Position numbers and translations under genes: made by a program. From Vicugna vicugna (lineage: Eukaryota), in the NCBI GenBank assembly GCA_013265495.1, contig MU063886.1, positions 1,116,001 to 1,180,000 of the forward strand: DNA of 64,000 nt. Direction: 5' to 3'. Shown here piece after piece: positions 36,275 to 49,488 of this stretch (the first letter of the stretch is position 1; every line of letters starts with the position of its first letter). The notes under the pieces are model-generated. The model ran no database searches. It was not told the DNA's origin and saw only the letters and a program-made list of their open reading frames with translations.

Positions 36275-37640
36275 AAGAATCTTTAGCAAGCGGTGTTGGG
36301 AAAACTGAATACCTGCATGTAAATCAATGAAGTTAAAACAACCCTCACTCCACACACAAAACCAACCTCGATATGGCTTAAAGACTTCAGTATAAGACAA
36401 AACACAATAAGCCTCCTAGAAGAAAACAGGCAAAACATTCTCTGACGTAAATCTCAGCAACGTTCTCCTAGGGCAGGCTACCCAGACAACAGAAACAAAA
36501 GCAAAAATAAACAAAAGGGGCCTATTACACATGAGCTTTTGTATGGCAAAGGAAGCCATAAGCAAAAGAAAAAGACAACCTACGGAATGGGAGAAAACAC
36601 TTGCACATAATGCAGCTGACAGAGGTTTAATTCCAGAATATATAAGCAGCTCATACAACTTAGCAAGAAAAACCAAACAACCCAATCCAAAAATGGGCAG
36701 AAGNNNNNNNNNNNNNNNNNNNNNNNNNNNNNNNNNNNNNNNNNNNNNNNNNNNNNNNNNNNNNNNNNNNNNNNNNNNNNNNNNNNNNNNNNNNNNNNNN
36801 NNNNNNNNNNNNNNNNNNNNNNNNNNNNNNNNNNNNNNNNNNNNNNNNNNNNNNNNNNNNNNNNNNNNNNNNNNNNNNNNNNNNNNNNNNNNNNNNNNNN
36901 NNNNNNNNNNNNNNNNNNNNNNNNNNNNNNNNNNNNNNNNNNNNNNNNNATTCAGTCTCCTCAAAAAACTAAAAATAGACTTACCATATGATCCAGCAAT
37001 CCCACTCCTGGGCATATATCCAGAGGGAGCTCTAATTTGAAAACATACACACACCACAATATTTATAGCAACACTACATACAACAGTCAAGACATGGAAG
37101 CAACCTAAATGTCTATTGACAGATGACTGGGTAATGAAGTTGTGGTATATTTATACAATGGAATACTACTGAGCAATAAAAAAGAATAAAATAATGCCAT
37201 TTGCAGCAACACAGGTGGGTCTAGAGATCAGCACTCTAAATGAAGCCACAAAGAGAAAGAAAAATATCATGGTATCACTCATATAAGGAATCTTAAAAAA
37301 AAAAAAAGGAAAGAAAGAAAGAAAAAAGAGGACACTAATGAATTAATCTGCAAAATAAAACAGACTCCCAGACATAGTAAACAATCTTATAGAAAGGGGG
37401 TGGGAAGGGACAAATTTGGGAGTTTGAGATTTGCAAATGTTAGCCACTATATATAAAAATAGATTTAAAAAAACAAAATTCTTCTGTAGAGCACAGGGAA
37501 CTATATTTAATATCTTATAATAGCCTTGAATGAAAAAGAATATAAAAACAAACATATGTATGTACATGCATGACTGGGACATTATGCTGAACACCAGAAA
37601 CTGACACATTGTAACTGACTATACTTCAATTTTAAAAAAC
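36275..37640 (+). mobile_element. 5'-truncated LINE-1 (cetartiodactyl-type), ORF2 C-terminal remnant plus 3' UTR; contains N-run 36704-36949
   Basis: Translation SFCMAKEAISKRKRQPTEWEK...[20 protein letters not shown] is L1 ORF2. Ends in gactatacttcaattttaaaaaa. Confidence 0.95.
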
Positions 37641-38329
37641 TCTTAAGTATTCAGCTATTAGAGGTAAGCAAGCACAGTTTCCACATAATGGGAATTGGAT
37701 CATATCTGCTGTTGTTTTAAGGCATCCCCATTACAACCAGGAAAAGCAGGTTGTAAGAGCTGAATTCAAGAGCATTCAATGTGCGTCTAACACTGAGCAG
37801 CCACTGGGGAAGAGTAGGGCAGACTGTGGAGACAAAACAATCTTCCAGAAAAATCACGTGATCTGGAGGATTTTTATGCAGTAACAGAAAAAAACAAAAA
37901 CAAAACAAAAAAGGATTTTTATTTCCCCCATGTTGTTCCAACCTCTAGACAGACAACGTCCATCTAAGAGTAAAGAATACATGTATTCACACATATTTTG
38001 GTGTATCTGGGGGAAGAGGGAGGGAGGGACTCCACCTTTTTGTGCTCTAAACTGGACTAGTCTTGTTCATCTTGCATACCAGGCAGCCAATTCCGTGTTC
38101 ACCACTCCCTCACTTTACACCACCTGATGCGGAGGCATGTATATATATATATAACCCTGAACCTGGTTCGATTTGGGCTCTCATTTCCTGTAAACAGACA
38201 CTTCAAACGTTTACTTTCCTCCCACTCCATCACTTCTATTCTTGTTCTTAGACTGAATGTCTTCTTATTTCCTAGAGGCATTGGAGCTCTCAGAAAGTAT
38301 AACCTGCCTTTGCATTAAGCCCAGCCTCC

Positions 38330-38900
38330 ATCACTGCTGTCACACCCAGCGGTACCAGACTAGCGACCCTCTCTCTACCCACACCCTGGATCAGTTCCAT
38401 CCTGCCTTCTCTCCATCTGACCCTTCTCAGTTTTAATTTATGGTCGATATTTTATTTGCTTATCACCAAAGTCTAAAGCCCTCTTTTCTTTTCCTTCTAA
38501 ACACCTCCTCTAGTCTTCCTAAAGGATAAAGTAACTTTGATTAGCCTTTGAAATAAGGAGAGTTTCAAGATGCACTCCTCCTGCTCACCTCATTTCAGAA
38601 CTTCAAATCCATACACCTAATGGCCTAATGGGCATGTCCGTTTGGAGGACTTTTCCAGATCAGCATCAATGAGCTGGACCTGACCTACCCCTGCCCTCAT
38701 GTCTCCAGTCTCAGTGAGTCGCACCACTAACCATGCAGTTGCCCAAACCTGAACCTTAAACCTTATCTTTGACTCTTGATTCTTTCTCCTTCCCTTTATC
38801 TCCAGGAATTTTTGGTCCAGATTCTAAATACATCTCAGTCTGCCTACCTCTCTACATCTTCAACATAAATACCACATTTCAACACAACGTCATCTTTCAC
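38330..38900 (+). mobile_element. Degraded L2
   Basis: ccactaaccatgcagttgcccaaacctgaacctt...ctttgactcttgattc...ccagattctaaatacatctcagtc are L2 ORF2-like motifs. Confidence 0.55.
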
Positions 38901-38909
38901 CAGGAATTT

Positions 38910-39557
38910 TGTCAAAGAAAAACGACTCAGCAGACACTTGTTAAAAAACTGTATCACAGATTTCATTCAGGCTGCCGCAGTGGAGGAGAGAGACGCAGCT
39001 CAGCTCCAATCTGTGCAGAGGTCTCTGGGGCTTTGAAGGGAGAGTGAGGGAGGAGGAAAGAACAGGAGCCTCATAGAGCCAGGAAAGTAGAAAACTGCAA
39101 AAAGCAGGCAGGCAGGTTGGCCAGTGTGATCAAGCCACCTGTGTCTGCTGTCACTTCCCAAAGTCAGGCTCTGACCTGCCCACAGAGGCTGGGGACTGAG
39201 CCCTATCTTTTTGATGATTACATTTTGAAGGAATGGCTCTCAGGTCCTTGAGAAAGACATTCCTGGGTCGCAGAAGATGCATCTCAAAGGAACAGAGGAA
39301 GGATTTGCAATTGCAAGGTTTCTAAAGTGAACGCTCTAAGGAAAGAACGCTCTAAGAAAAATCTAGCCAGATTTTGGCTAGAACAAGCAGTAAATAATTT
39401 TGGCAGCATTGAGTTTCCTGAGGCAGCCATTAAAGGGGGTCAAAACCGCCATCCCAGGGACACAGCCTCCAGCTGATAGAACTATGCTGGTATTTGTTCG
39501 AATGTCTTAAGAGTGGCAAGTGGAGGAAATCATTTGCTCTCAAAGATACGGTTCTCA
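38910..39557 (-). mobile_element. Older ERV1-class solo LTR (MER34/MER39-like)
   Basis: Starts tgtcaaagaaaaa, contains ggaatggctctcaggtccttgagaaagacattcctgggt, ends gttctca. No clean TSD, and family assignment is from memory. Confidence 0.6.
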
Positions 39558-40092
39558 CTGGGCAAAGCTGAGGACGAGCTGAGCAGAGGGCTCGCTCCTC
39601 AGAGCCTGACCAGAGTTTGATGAAGGAGAGCGTGTTTGCCAGCCGTCCAACACAAGCATGTCTGTGGCAGGTTGTTTCAAATATGACTCCTAACGGTTCC
39701 CTCCCACCCCTAGACCTACACGTCACTCCTCCCAGCGAGAGCTGGGGGTCCACTTTCCACCCCCTGCATCTTGTCCTGTAATTTGTTGCGATCAATAGAA
39801 TGGAGCAGAAGTTCCTGGCCCCTGTGAACCCTTTGACTCTCTCAGAACCCTGAGGCATGATTTAAGTAGTCTGACTGGAAAGGATTCTGGCCACCCCAGA
39901 TCAGGCACCAAACATGGAAGCGAAGTCACTTTGGATATTCTGCCTCTGCCACGTTCCCAGCTGGCGGGGCCCAGGCTACGGCCTTGTGAAGGAGAGGTGG
40001 TCCATCGCCGCATCTCTGCAGAATCATGAGCGATAAATGGTGGTGGTGGTTTTAAGTCATGTAAGTTCTGCGATGGTTTATTTCACCCCCGA

Positions 40093-40094
<2 letters not shown>

Positions 40095-40128
<34 letters not shown>
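40095..40128. repeat. (AC)17 microsatellite
   Basis: Directly visible. Confidence 0.95.
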
Positions 40129-40130
<2 letters not shown>

Positions 40131-42179
40131 TTCCTCACTTTGCTTGAGAACTCCGGAGCGCTCCCTGGATAATTATTCATTTTTCCATTATAGTGCCTTA
40201 TTGGCTAAAATTTTTGAAGGAAAATATGAGTCACTCTGATTGTTTACTTCCAGGTATGATGCTTTCAAAGTTTTGGTGGATTTGCTTCTTCTCAGATCAG
40301 TATTTTCTACGTCTTCATTTCCAGGTTTGTAAACAGCACGCTGGTCTTCATCATGGGCTGTCTCAGGGATGGCAGCGTGCTCAGAGATACCCAACGGGAG
40401 ACCGCCCTGGCGGTTTCTGAGTTACCCTCCCAGTGCCAACGATCAGAACCACACAGCTGTAGCCAAGTCTGTAACATAATGAAGTAAGTCTCCCCATTTC
40501 CCTGGTGAACCAGGAGAGATTTAATACTGGTAAACACAGCTTGTACTTCTGTCTTGTACCTTAGGAGACACAGGAGGAAGGACTGGAGGTCATGAGGCAG
40601 CGTGGGGGTGCCCACCTACTCCTTTGTAGAAAAGCAAACCTGGGGGTGGGAGAACACACCCCAAGCCACAGAAGGGACAGGCCTCAACGTGCACCACCAG
40701 AAAACCAGAGCTGGCAGTTGCCCCCGTGTTTTAGACCCTATTGTCTTTGTCAGGCTGCTGCAAGACTTGTGAAGGGAGATGCAAACTGATGAAGCAGTGA
40801 GAGGGCTCAGGGAGAAACTGCCCCACGAGGTTTGGAGAGAAGTCGGGATAGTGGCCAGAGGTGATGACGGTGACTAGACAGCTGTGGGGCGCAGGAAGGG
40901 AGTTGCTCAAAGGAACAGTAACAGGAAGGCTGCCTAACACTGGCCTGCAGCCACTCACGGCCTGGACAAGGACCAGAGCAGAGTGACCCCAAGGGTGTGT
41001 GGCTGTGTGAGAGTGGCCTCCATCTTCCTCCTCCTGTGAACCTTCCTGAGGGGAAGTGGCATCCAGCCCCTGCTGCTGTAACCTGTACAGACAAACAAGG
41101 CGGACCACCTCTTGCCATTGGCTGGTTCTGCTCAAATTCATGAAGCAAGGGCTTGAATCAGTTGGTGCCAATGACACTGAACTCTCACATGGCCTTGGAC
41201 GACTCATAAGCTGTGTGCAAAGATGGCGTCTTCACCAGTGCTGGTCTCTTACTGCTCTGGAGAGTGAATATCAGGCTTGCCAGCCAGGTCAGAAAGACTG
41301 AAAGGGAGACAAAGAAGCACGTAGAAGTCTGCATCCCTCTGGGTTGGGGTCTTTCCACCTCAGGGTAGGGCAGTTCATGCACAGGCGGGGAAGCGGCATG
41401 GTTCCTTTACAAAGGGATTCAGGCCACAGTAGTCCCTTGCTTTCCGGGGAAGCTGGAGAGAAAGCGCCACTGCCACAGTGGTTTCACCACAGCTTCCACA
41501 GCCCTATCACTTGGTTTGTGAGAACCACCATTCTCGCCCTCAGCCTGGACTCACCAGGAAGGCAGGGGAAGAAGCGAGTCTGAACACTGCAGGTGTGGGC
41601 TGTTCTGTCCCCTCTCAGAGGGTCTAAGAGGAAGCTGTCGTGTCCAATGACCGTCTAAACAGGAATTCAGGGACTGGTTTGCTTTCTGTTAATGTTCTCC
41701 TTTTAGGGTTTTTCCAGTTAGATCTGGGCGGACATTTACAAAACTGTCTAGTTTTCAGCTCCAGACACCCACACGTTCTGGAGTGATCATTCTTGGTCCC
41801 TGCAGAGTGCGGGAGTGTTAGGATGCGTGGATGTAGTCACAGCCATGAACCAGAATTTTCTCCCCAAGGGTCACTTTGATTATGCGCAGTTATTCTTCAA
41901 ATCTAAATTTTATTTGGTTATTGGGAAAATGGTGCATGTGTTTTCAAACATCTAATGGGAACAATTATCCTTCTTTGATTCTTGCACCTTTGGGAGACTA
42001 GAGAAGTAGGCTTGTAGCTGGTTTTCCTAGCCTCGCTCCTTCCTCGCGTTTGCCTCTGTGCTTCTTCTAGGATACAGGCACTTCTAACGCAAAACAGAAC
42101 GTGTTCATCCTCAGCTTCCTGGCATCTGTCACCCACAGGGTCGTACTTAATATTCTGAGCTTAGAACAAAAAAGTCACC

Positions 42180-42380
42180 AGGAGTTAGCAAAATTTTTCA
42201 GTAAAGTGGTCAGAAAATAAGTATTTTAGGCTTCATGGACCAGGAAGGGGAATTGAGTAACTTCTAGCAGAGAGACTAATAGCTGTTTTTTGCATTTTAC
42301 ATTTAAAACTGTGGAAACCACTCCTAGTGGGCAGGCTGGACCAGAACGGGCACGTGTGCCAACCCTGGCTCTGAATGGCC
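42180..42380 (+). mobile_element. MER58-family hAT MITE
   Basis: ggagttagcaaaatttttcagtaaagtggtcagaaaataagtattttaggcttcatggacc...gtgtgccaaccctg resembles MER58 with TIR remnants. Confidence 0.65.
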
Positions 42381-42389
42381 TTATCCTGC

Positions 42390-42730
42390 CACCCCTGTGG
42401 CCTCGTCTCCGTCCTTCTGTCCACCTGCCCTCGTACTCCAGGCTGCCCCATGCCCTCCCTCCTGATGTCAGCAAACAGCTCCTAGTCACTCGTCTCCGCA
42501 TCATGGTCTCTGTTGGGGAGGCCTGGCTTTCATCCTCTTCTTGTGGCTCCTCTGTTCTTTGTGCAACTTTCTAACGTGGCGCTAGCACCACAATTGGGCT
42601 TTGCTGGCTTGTTCACCTCCTGTGGGAAACATGAAATCCTTGAGGGCACAGATGTTTTTGAATTATCTCTGAATTCCCTGGGTCCAGCAATGGGCCTGGG
42701 ATAGTGTAAGTGGTCAGCCAATGTTGAATT
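42390..42730 (+). mobile_element. L2 3' end
   Basis: catgaaatccttgagggcacagatg...tctctgaattccctgggtccagcaatgggcctgggatag...aatgttgaatt. Confidence 0.6.
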
Positions 42731-43433
42731 GGCTTGGCTGTCTTTATCTATTAAGGAAAACAGAAATGCAAATTTGAATGAAAAAAATTTGAGATTAAGT
42801 AAAATCCAGGACAACTGGGTTTTGGGTTTTTTGGGTTTTTTTTTTTTCCCTTTAACTTCTTTTTTTCCTTCTAAATTTTTCCCCTAAAATAAACACATTC
42901 CTGTGGAAGCTTCACAGCATAAACAGATCCATTCACAAGGATGCTGCCTCGAGGACCGTATCCAATTTAAGGTTAAGGTTAGGACTTGGTGCCAGTTTCA
43001 GCAAGTTTTGGTCCCCAAAGAAGTTCTGATTTGATCTGAATTTAGTTTTATGCCTCATTACTTTTTAATACAAAATATGCCTAAGAAAATAAGGAAAAAG
43101 GAGACATCTCAATCAGAAAAAATATGAATTAAGCAGCACAAGGATTTTTTAAATTAGTAGACTTTATTTCTTTATGTTTACAGAAAAATTAGGATATAAC
43201 AGCTCGAAATGCTGGACAAGAGTCTATTTTTAAAAATTTAATCATTTTCTGTGTTAGCCAGAGTTAGCAAAAGTATGAGTAAATAAGAATTCATTGGGTA
43301 TAATTTAGCAAAGCAGAGCAAACACTAAAATATTTTATCGGTAAATCAGAAATCCTATCTCTGAGAATGCTTCCTTGGGAAAATATTAAATGTATTCACC
43401 AAGTTTTGTTTTTAAGATTGCTCACTGCAGTAC

Positions 43434-44182
43434 TGTGATAATGAAATTTATAAGAAATACATACTTGGTCCTAAAACCCTTGGAATTCCCTAAGTGATGA
43501 GAGTCATGGGGATGTCTTTTGTTATATTAATGAGGTTACTTTTGNNNNNNNNNNNNNNNNNNNNNNNNNNNNNNNNNNNNNNNNNNNNNNNNNNNNNNNN
43601 NNNNNNNNNNNNNNNNNNNNNNNNNNNNNNNNNNNNNNNNNNNNNNNNNNNNNNNNNNNNNNNNNNNNNNNNNNNNNCTTAATCAATCATGCCTGTATAA
43701 TGAAGCCTCCACAAAAACCCCAAAAGGATGGGGCTCAGAGAGCTTCGGCTTAGTGAACACGTGGAGGTGCTGGGAGAGGGGTGAGCCCAGAGAGCTTTGC
43801 ACCTCTTCCCGCACTTTGCCTTGTGTATTACTTCCAAATGGCTGTTCCTGAGTTAGATCCGTTTGTAATAAGCCAGTGACCTAGTAAATAGAATGTTCCT
43901 CTTGAGTTCTGTGAGCTGCTCTAAAAAATTCACCAAACCTAAGGAGGGGGTCGTGGAACGTCTGACCTACAGCCAGTCGGTCAGCAGCACAGGTGACAAC
44001 TTGGACTTGCGACTGGCATCTGAAGTGGAGGGTGATCTTGTGGGACTGAGCCTTTAACCCGTGGGATCTGACACTACCTTCATGTAGCTAATGCCAGAAC
44101 TGACTTATTCTGGGGGGACACCTGGCTAGTTCTGCTGAGAACTGGAGAATTGGCTGGTGGTATTACAAAAAACACACATATT
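43434..44182 (+). mobile_element. MER21-family LTR (ERVL); contains N-run 43545-43677
   Basis: tgtgataatgaaat start; aatcaatcatgcctgtataatgaagcctccacaaaaaccc; gagttctgtgagctgctc...aaacctaaggagggggtcgtgga; gtgggactgagcctttaacccgtgggatctgacac. Confidence 0.85.
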
Positions 44183-44529
44183 GAAAGGATTATTATAGAA
44201 ACGAACGTTGATACAGCAATAACTATATCGATCTGTCAAAATATTATACAACCATCAAAAGTGATGTGATAAAAATGCTTAGTAAGATATAGACATGTTT
44301 ATAATATGTTGTTTTAAAAAGCAGAATGAATATATAACAAACAAAAACAAATTAGTGTTACTATTTCAAGACAGGAAGTATATTTATGAACCAGTGGTTA
44401 TCTTGAAAAAGCAAGATCATGTGAGATTAAAAATGCGACTGCTACACTGTCAGGTCATTCTAAGGGATTTCCTCTTTCTACAAGTGGTCACAGTGTCTCC
44501 TGAATATGATTTCTGTGGCTCACTCTGCC

Positions 44530-45030
44530 TCCCAGTCTGCTCTCCAGCAGCCAGAGGGCTCTTTCTCAAGGTGTAAATCAGATCATGCCACTTTCGGCTT
44601 CTAATTAGACTTAGAACAAAATCCAGACCCCTTCCCATGACCTAAAATGTGCTCCCGGCCTGGCTTCTGCCTCTCTTGTCTCATACCACGTCTCAGCCTG
44701 CTCCCTCAGCTAAAGTGGGTGAAGAAAGCATCACTTTCTTCACATCTCTCCCACACGCCCCTGCCCACTAAGGTCTTGTGGGCCGTTCCCCGTGCTGGGA
44801 TGCGTTCTCTGTTCACGGGACCAGCTGCCTTCAGGCCTCCAGGATTCCTGTGTCGCTGACTCAGAGAGGCCTCCAAGCCTCTCCGTGGTTCTAACCCATT
44901 ATCCTACTTACATCTTTCACCCAACGGTCAATGATCTTGTTTAATCATTGCAGATATGTCCACTCTCTGTCTCTTCAGAACGCAATTTCCGTAGGACAAG
45001 CACCCTGTCTGTCTTGTTCCTGGCTGGATC
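44530..45030 (+). mobile_element. L2 3' region, interrupted at its end by an LTR
   Basis: cagcagccagagggctctttctcaaggtgtaaatcagatcatgccac...ttagaacaaaatccagacc...aggacaagcaccctgtctgtcttgttcc. Confidence 0.65.
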
Positions 45031-45032
45031 CC

Positions 45033-45462
45033 TGTTTCCGAGCCCAAGCTGCTTCTGCTCAAAATGCCAGCAAATCAAGGGGCCAGTTGAAGAGGCAGGG
45101 ATAGTGATTTTATTCAGAAATCCAGCAGACCGAGAAGATGGTAGACTAGTGTCCCAAAGAAACATCTTGCCTGAGTTAGAATTCATGCTTCTTCTATACC
45201 AGAAGGGGAGGGAGTGAAGTCAAACATTCCCTGGTTCTGGTCAGCCTCCGGAGGGGCTGTGTTAATTTCCTGTGAGCTAAACAAAGGTATTTTAGCTCAT
45301 TACCTGGTAGGCAGGGTTCCTAGAAAAGGGCCATTGTGTATAATTTAAGCTTATTGCCAACATCCATTTAGTGATTAACTTGTAGTAAAAGCAACAGAAC
45401 ACAGAGGTTAAAGTAAAAGAAACAGATCCAATGTGGAGGCAGATTTGTTCTTCTCTGTTCCA
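45033..45462 (-). mobile_element. Solo ERV1-class LTR related to 19755-20260, TSD TCCC
   Basis: TG...CA termini with TCCC on both sides (45029-45032, 45463-45466). Shares ttattcagaaa...gagaagatgg.agacta.tgtc and atcca.tgtggag.cagatttgttctt with the 19.8-kb LTR. Minus-strand AATAAA at 45114-45109. Confidence 0.88.
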
Positions 45463-46261
45463 TCCCGTGTCTAAACCTGTGCGCAGCGTGTGGAAGCCGG
45501 GCAGTCAGTATCTGCTGAAGACATTGGTCAAACCCTGTGCTGTGCTCTTCAGAGCTCTGGGAAACAGGGAACAGAAGCCCAAAGGGTTCTCCTGGGATCC
45601 ACGATTTCCAGTTCACAGAGGCAGAGTTTCTGAAGGGCAGCTTCATTGGGGTCCACGTTCTTGCCGGCCTCTAACGTGCTGTGGTGTCAGCACCTCCCTC
45701 CTGCTCCTCTTCCAGCCTCAATGACTCTGCTTTCCTTCTTGTCTGAATCCTGCCCAGATCAAAAGGCCCGGCTCACAGTCCATCAAGTGGTGGCATGCAC
45801 ATAGTAGTTCCACAGAAGTGCATTTTTATCTCACTGGATTGTCTCCTATCACATGTCACTGCAGGTGGAAACACTGTAGTGTGAACAGCACGAGACCAAA
45901 GGGAAGAAGCCTGGCTCGGCATCACACAGCTTTGCACTTTCTGAATGAATCTGAGCAAGTCATTGAGTTTCTCTGGGTTTGTCTGCTTAGATGAACACTG
46001 CTTATTATAAGATAAAAGGCTATGGCAGGTAAAAGTGCCCCCCAAGACACGCTGACACACATGGATACTCAACAGGGAGTGTTCATTCATTCATCTTAGC
46101 CTTTACACAACTAGTGCAAAGGAACAGACTCTGTACAAAGGATTCTGCTAATGTCAGTGGAACCTGCTATTTGAGTGCCTGGGCAAAGACAAACAGCTAA
46201 AAGCTCACTATTACCATTTAATGCTGGGGTACCAGAAGGAAGGCTGGTCAAGAAAGAAGAC

Positions 46262-47135
46262 TCTGCCAAAGAAGACATACAAATGGCCAACTAGCACATG
46301 AAAAGATGCTCAACGTTGCTAGCTATGAGAAATGCAAATCAAAACCACAGTGAGGTATCACCTTACGCTGGTCAGAATGGCCATCAGTAAAATGTCCATG
46401 AACAATAAATGCTGGAGAGGGAACCCTCCTACACTGTTGGCAGGAGTGTAATTTGTTGCAGCCACTATGGAAAACAACATGGAGATTCCTTTAAAAAAAT
46501 AAAAATAGAGTTACCATGTGATCCAGCAATCCCACTCCTGGGCAAATATCCAGAAGAAAACTCAAAAATTCGAAAACATACATGCACCCCAGTGTTCACA
46601 GCAGCACTATTAACAATAGCCAAGACATGGAAGCAACCTAAGTGTTCATCGACAGATGACTGGATAGAGATGTGGTACACATACATACACAATGGAATAC
46701 TACTCGGTCTTATGAAAAAAAGAATAAAATAATGCCACTTGCAGCAACATGGATGGACCTGGAGATCGTCATACGCAGTGAAGTCAGTCAGACAGAGAAA
46801 GACAAATATATGATATCACTTACATCTGGAATCTGAGAAGGGACACAAATGAACTTATTTACAAAACAGAGACAGACTCTCAGACACAGAGAACAAATTT
46901 ACAGTTACCAAAGGGGAAAGGGGGAGCATAAATTAGGAGTTTGGATTAGCAGATACACATTACTATATAAAAAATAGAAAAAAGCAAGGTCCTACTGTGC
47001 AGCACAGGGAACTACATTCAATGCCTTGTAATGACCTATAGCAGAAAAGAACACGCATGTATATGTGTAACTGAATCACCACACTGTGCACCAGAAACTA
47101 ACACAACATTCTATATCAAACATACTTCAATTTAA
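46262..47135 (+). mobile_element. 5'-truncated LINE-1 (cetartiodactyl-type)
   Basis: Translation KKIKIELPCDPAIPLLGKYP...CTPVFTAALLTIAKTWKQPKCSSTDDW plus the shared 3' UTR and an A-rich tail. Confidence 0.95.
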
Positions 47136-47314
47136 AAGTAAGAGGGAAAAGAGATGTTATTTCCTTCAGACAGATGAGGTAAAGCTGCAGAAATGCAGAG
47201 TGTATGTTTCCCACACGAGCAGGGTGGACACATTCTGTCCCTGTCTTCTGGCCACTCCATCCCAGCTGGAGAGCGGGTGCATGAGTGGCGAGTAAGGGCC
47301 TGAGGTCTGGCATC

Positions 47315-47500
47315 GAACAGCCTGAGACTGACTTGTGGTTCTGCCACTTCCTGCCTGTGTGTGTCTGTGGCCAAGCTACTGAACTGCGGCCAGTTTTCTC
47401 ATCTCTAAAGTGGGGATAACAAGACCATTTTGAGGATGGCACGAGATGGAGCGTAACAAGAGTCAGCACAGTGCCGGATACGTGGTGAGATGTCGGTAAA
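47315..47500 (+). mobile_element. MIR SINE
   Basis: ggttctgccacttcctgcctgtgtgtgtctgtggccaagctactgaactgcggccagttttctcatctctaaagtggggataaca. Confidence 0.7.
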
Positions 47501-49488
47501 CTCAGTGCCGTGATCACTTTCATCAGCTCCAAGGGCTTTGACTCATGTCCACGTGTCAGCATCTCTCATGCCCACCCTTGGTGCCCACGCCCTGACATCC
47601 TTTTCTGCTTATCCCTCTGGCCTATGTGTCTGACAACAGCCGATCCTGTGACGGAGGCTCCACCTTGCTTCTCAAGTAGTGTTTCCAGCCCGGCTTGGAT
47701 GCTCCTGACTCCGTGGCTGCACCTTTCTCCCTTGTGGCCTCTTACGCAGGGCTTGCACAGGCTTTTCAGCGTGGGTTTGAATGGCAGCTGGTGTGTGGAA
47801 GGCAGAAGGTACCGTGTGAGGGAGGGGACCCCAGTTAATGACCCTGGACAAGTCACAAGGCTGAAGAGGATAGATTCTTAAGATACTGGGAAGCTTAATG
47901 CTGCTGACTGTGACCTGTGACCTGTGACCCTTTGTGGCACGGATGCAGACAGGCTGGTACTAGGGTGACATTTGTGAGAAAAATCAGAGATGACACCTTA
48001 CTGAGAACCTGTGGTGCACGAGAATGAGGGACCGAGCATACCTGCAGCAACAGGAGGGTGGGCAGTGCCAGGGAGAAGGAACACTGAGATGAGAGCTCTT
48101 ACTTTTCTAGAACCTTCCAGTCTGGGGAGGCAGGATGTGCAGGGATGAATAAACAGGTGGATAGAGGAAGCCCTGTTTTACAGAAAAGAAAACTGAGACT
48201 GAGAATTGCAGTAACCTCGCTAGCCGAAGGCCCGCCCGCAGGTAGCGTGCGTGGGGTGGACGGACTTACAGTCACAGCACGTGCTATGGCAGAATCAGAG
48301 AGAAACTGTATCTGTTTGGTGTTCATGGCTTTTCTCAGGAGACTCATTCATTAGGAAAGTATGAGTGCAGAGACCTTAGCAGCAGCCTGCAGACAGGGGA
48401 ATTCACAAAATACAGGAAATGCCTCCACCCCCAGCCTCGAGATTGGCTTGCTGTTTCTGCCCTGTATTTTGACTGGGGGCCATTGGGGACCATTGCGTGC
48501 CCTGCCCAGGGCAGTATTTCAGCCCATCTACCACTGGGCATCTGTAAATGCAGATGAACAAGCAGACTTGACGAGGCGGTACTAGGTGTGTTCATAAACT
48601 CAAGAGCGTTTGCCAGAGAGAAGCCCAACCTCTGTAGCACTCAGTGTTTACTAACATGACTGTCAGACCCGATGGCAGTGTAATGACAGCCCCTGACACG
48701 TCAGTTGGAGGCATTCCTTGGGATCAGGTAATAGAAAATTCACTGGCTACTGAAACACAAAACGCAGCCTTCAGCTTGGAGTCTGCCCAGTATGTTGCCT
48801 CCCTTTCTCCCCACTATGAGACTGAAATGCTCCCTTCCTCTCTCCTGGTGTGTAAGTACACTCAGGAGAAGGAAATAATGTTGTTCAATATATTTTGGCA
48901 CCAAATCATTTCAAGTAAATGGAGCTGCGAAATGAAATGCAACAAATGAAGACGATTACCTTCATCACACCTTTGTGGGTGGCCCATTTCTTGGCAACTT
49001 ATTCATATTGAATGCTTAATAAACCATAATTTAAAACTCACCTTGTATGCAAATTTCTAAACGGATACTGTTAACCATTATACTCTGTTTTCTTGTGTTC
49101 TTGGCAGAATCTGTCACCATCCCACCTCCTAGGAAAGTAAATGGATGAACACATGTAGTTCTAAAGGCTGAATGATTCTACTGGAGAGAACAGACATGTA
49201 TCAAAAGGGGCTTTATTTCTGTTCTCCACAAAAAGGCAGAGAGGCTGGCATTCAATCTGCCTCTTCCATTCATTTTTTTAAGGGGGCAATGAACACAGTG
49301 AGGGGTAGGTGTTTATTTATATCTTCCTGAAAACAAAGTGCAAAACAGCTCTTGAAAGAGGAGTGGCCCAGGGTAAGGCATGTCTTTCTCAGAGTGCATG
49401 TGATTTCCAAAGTAATTATATGTTAGTGGTGAAAGGAAACACTTCTATACATCAACTACAGGAGAACTCTTTGTTCTTCTCTTACTAT

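Noticed and set aside
36416-37090. Long ORFs (224 aa minus, 169 aa plus) and similar ORFs at 1681, 46409 and 57151-57911
   Set aside because: These are L1 ORF2 remnants or their antisense frames, partly inflated by N-runs translated as X. They are not host genes or intact elements.
19755-45462. Two related, co-oriented LTRs as the ends of one 25-kb provirus
   Set aside because: Each has its own distinct 4-bp TSD (ACAG versus TCCC), they differ substantially internally, and no gag/pol/env remnant was seen between them. They are independent solo LTRs.
1651-46290. Two L1 copies 5'-truncated at almost the same ORF2 position
   Set aside because: With only two copies, and others truncated elsewhere, this is compatible with chance.
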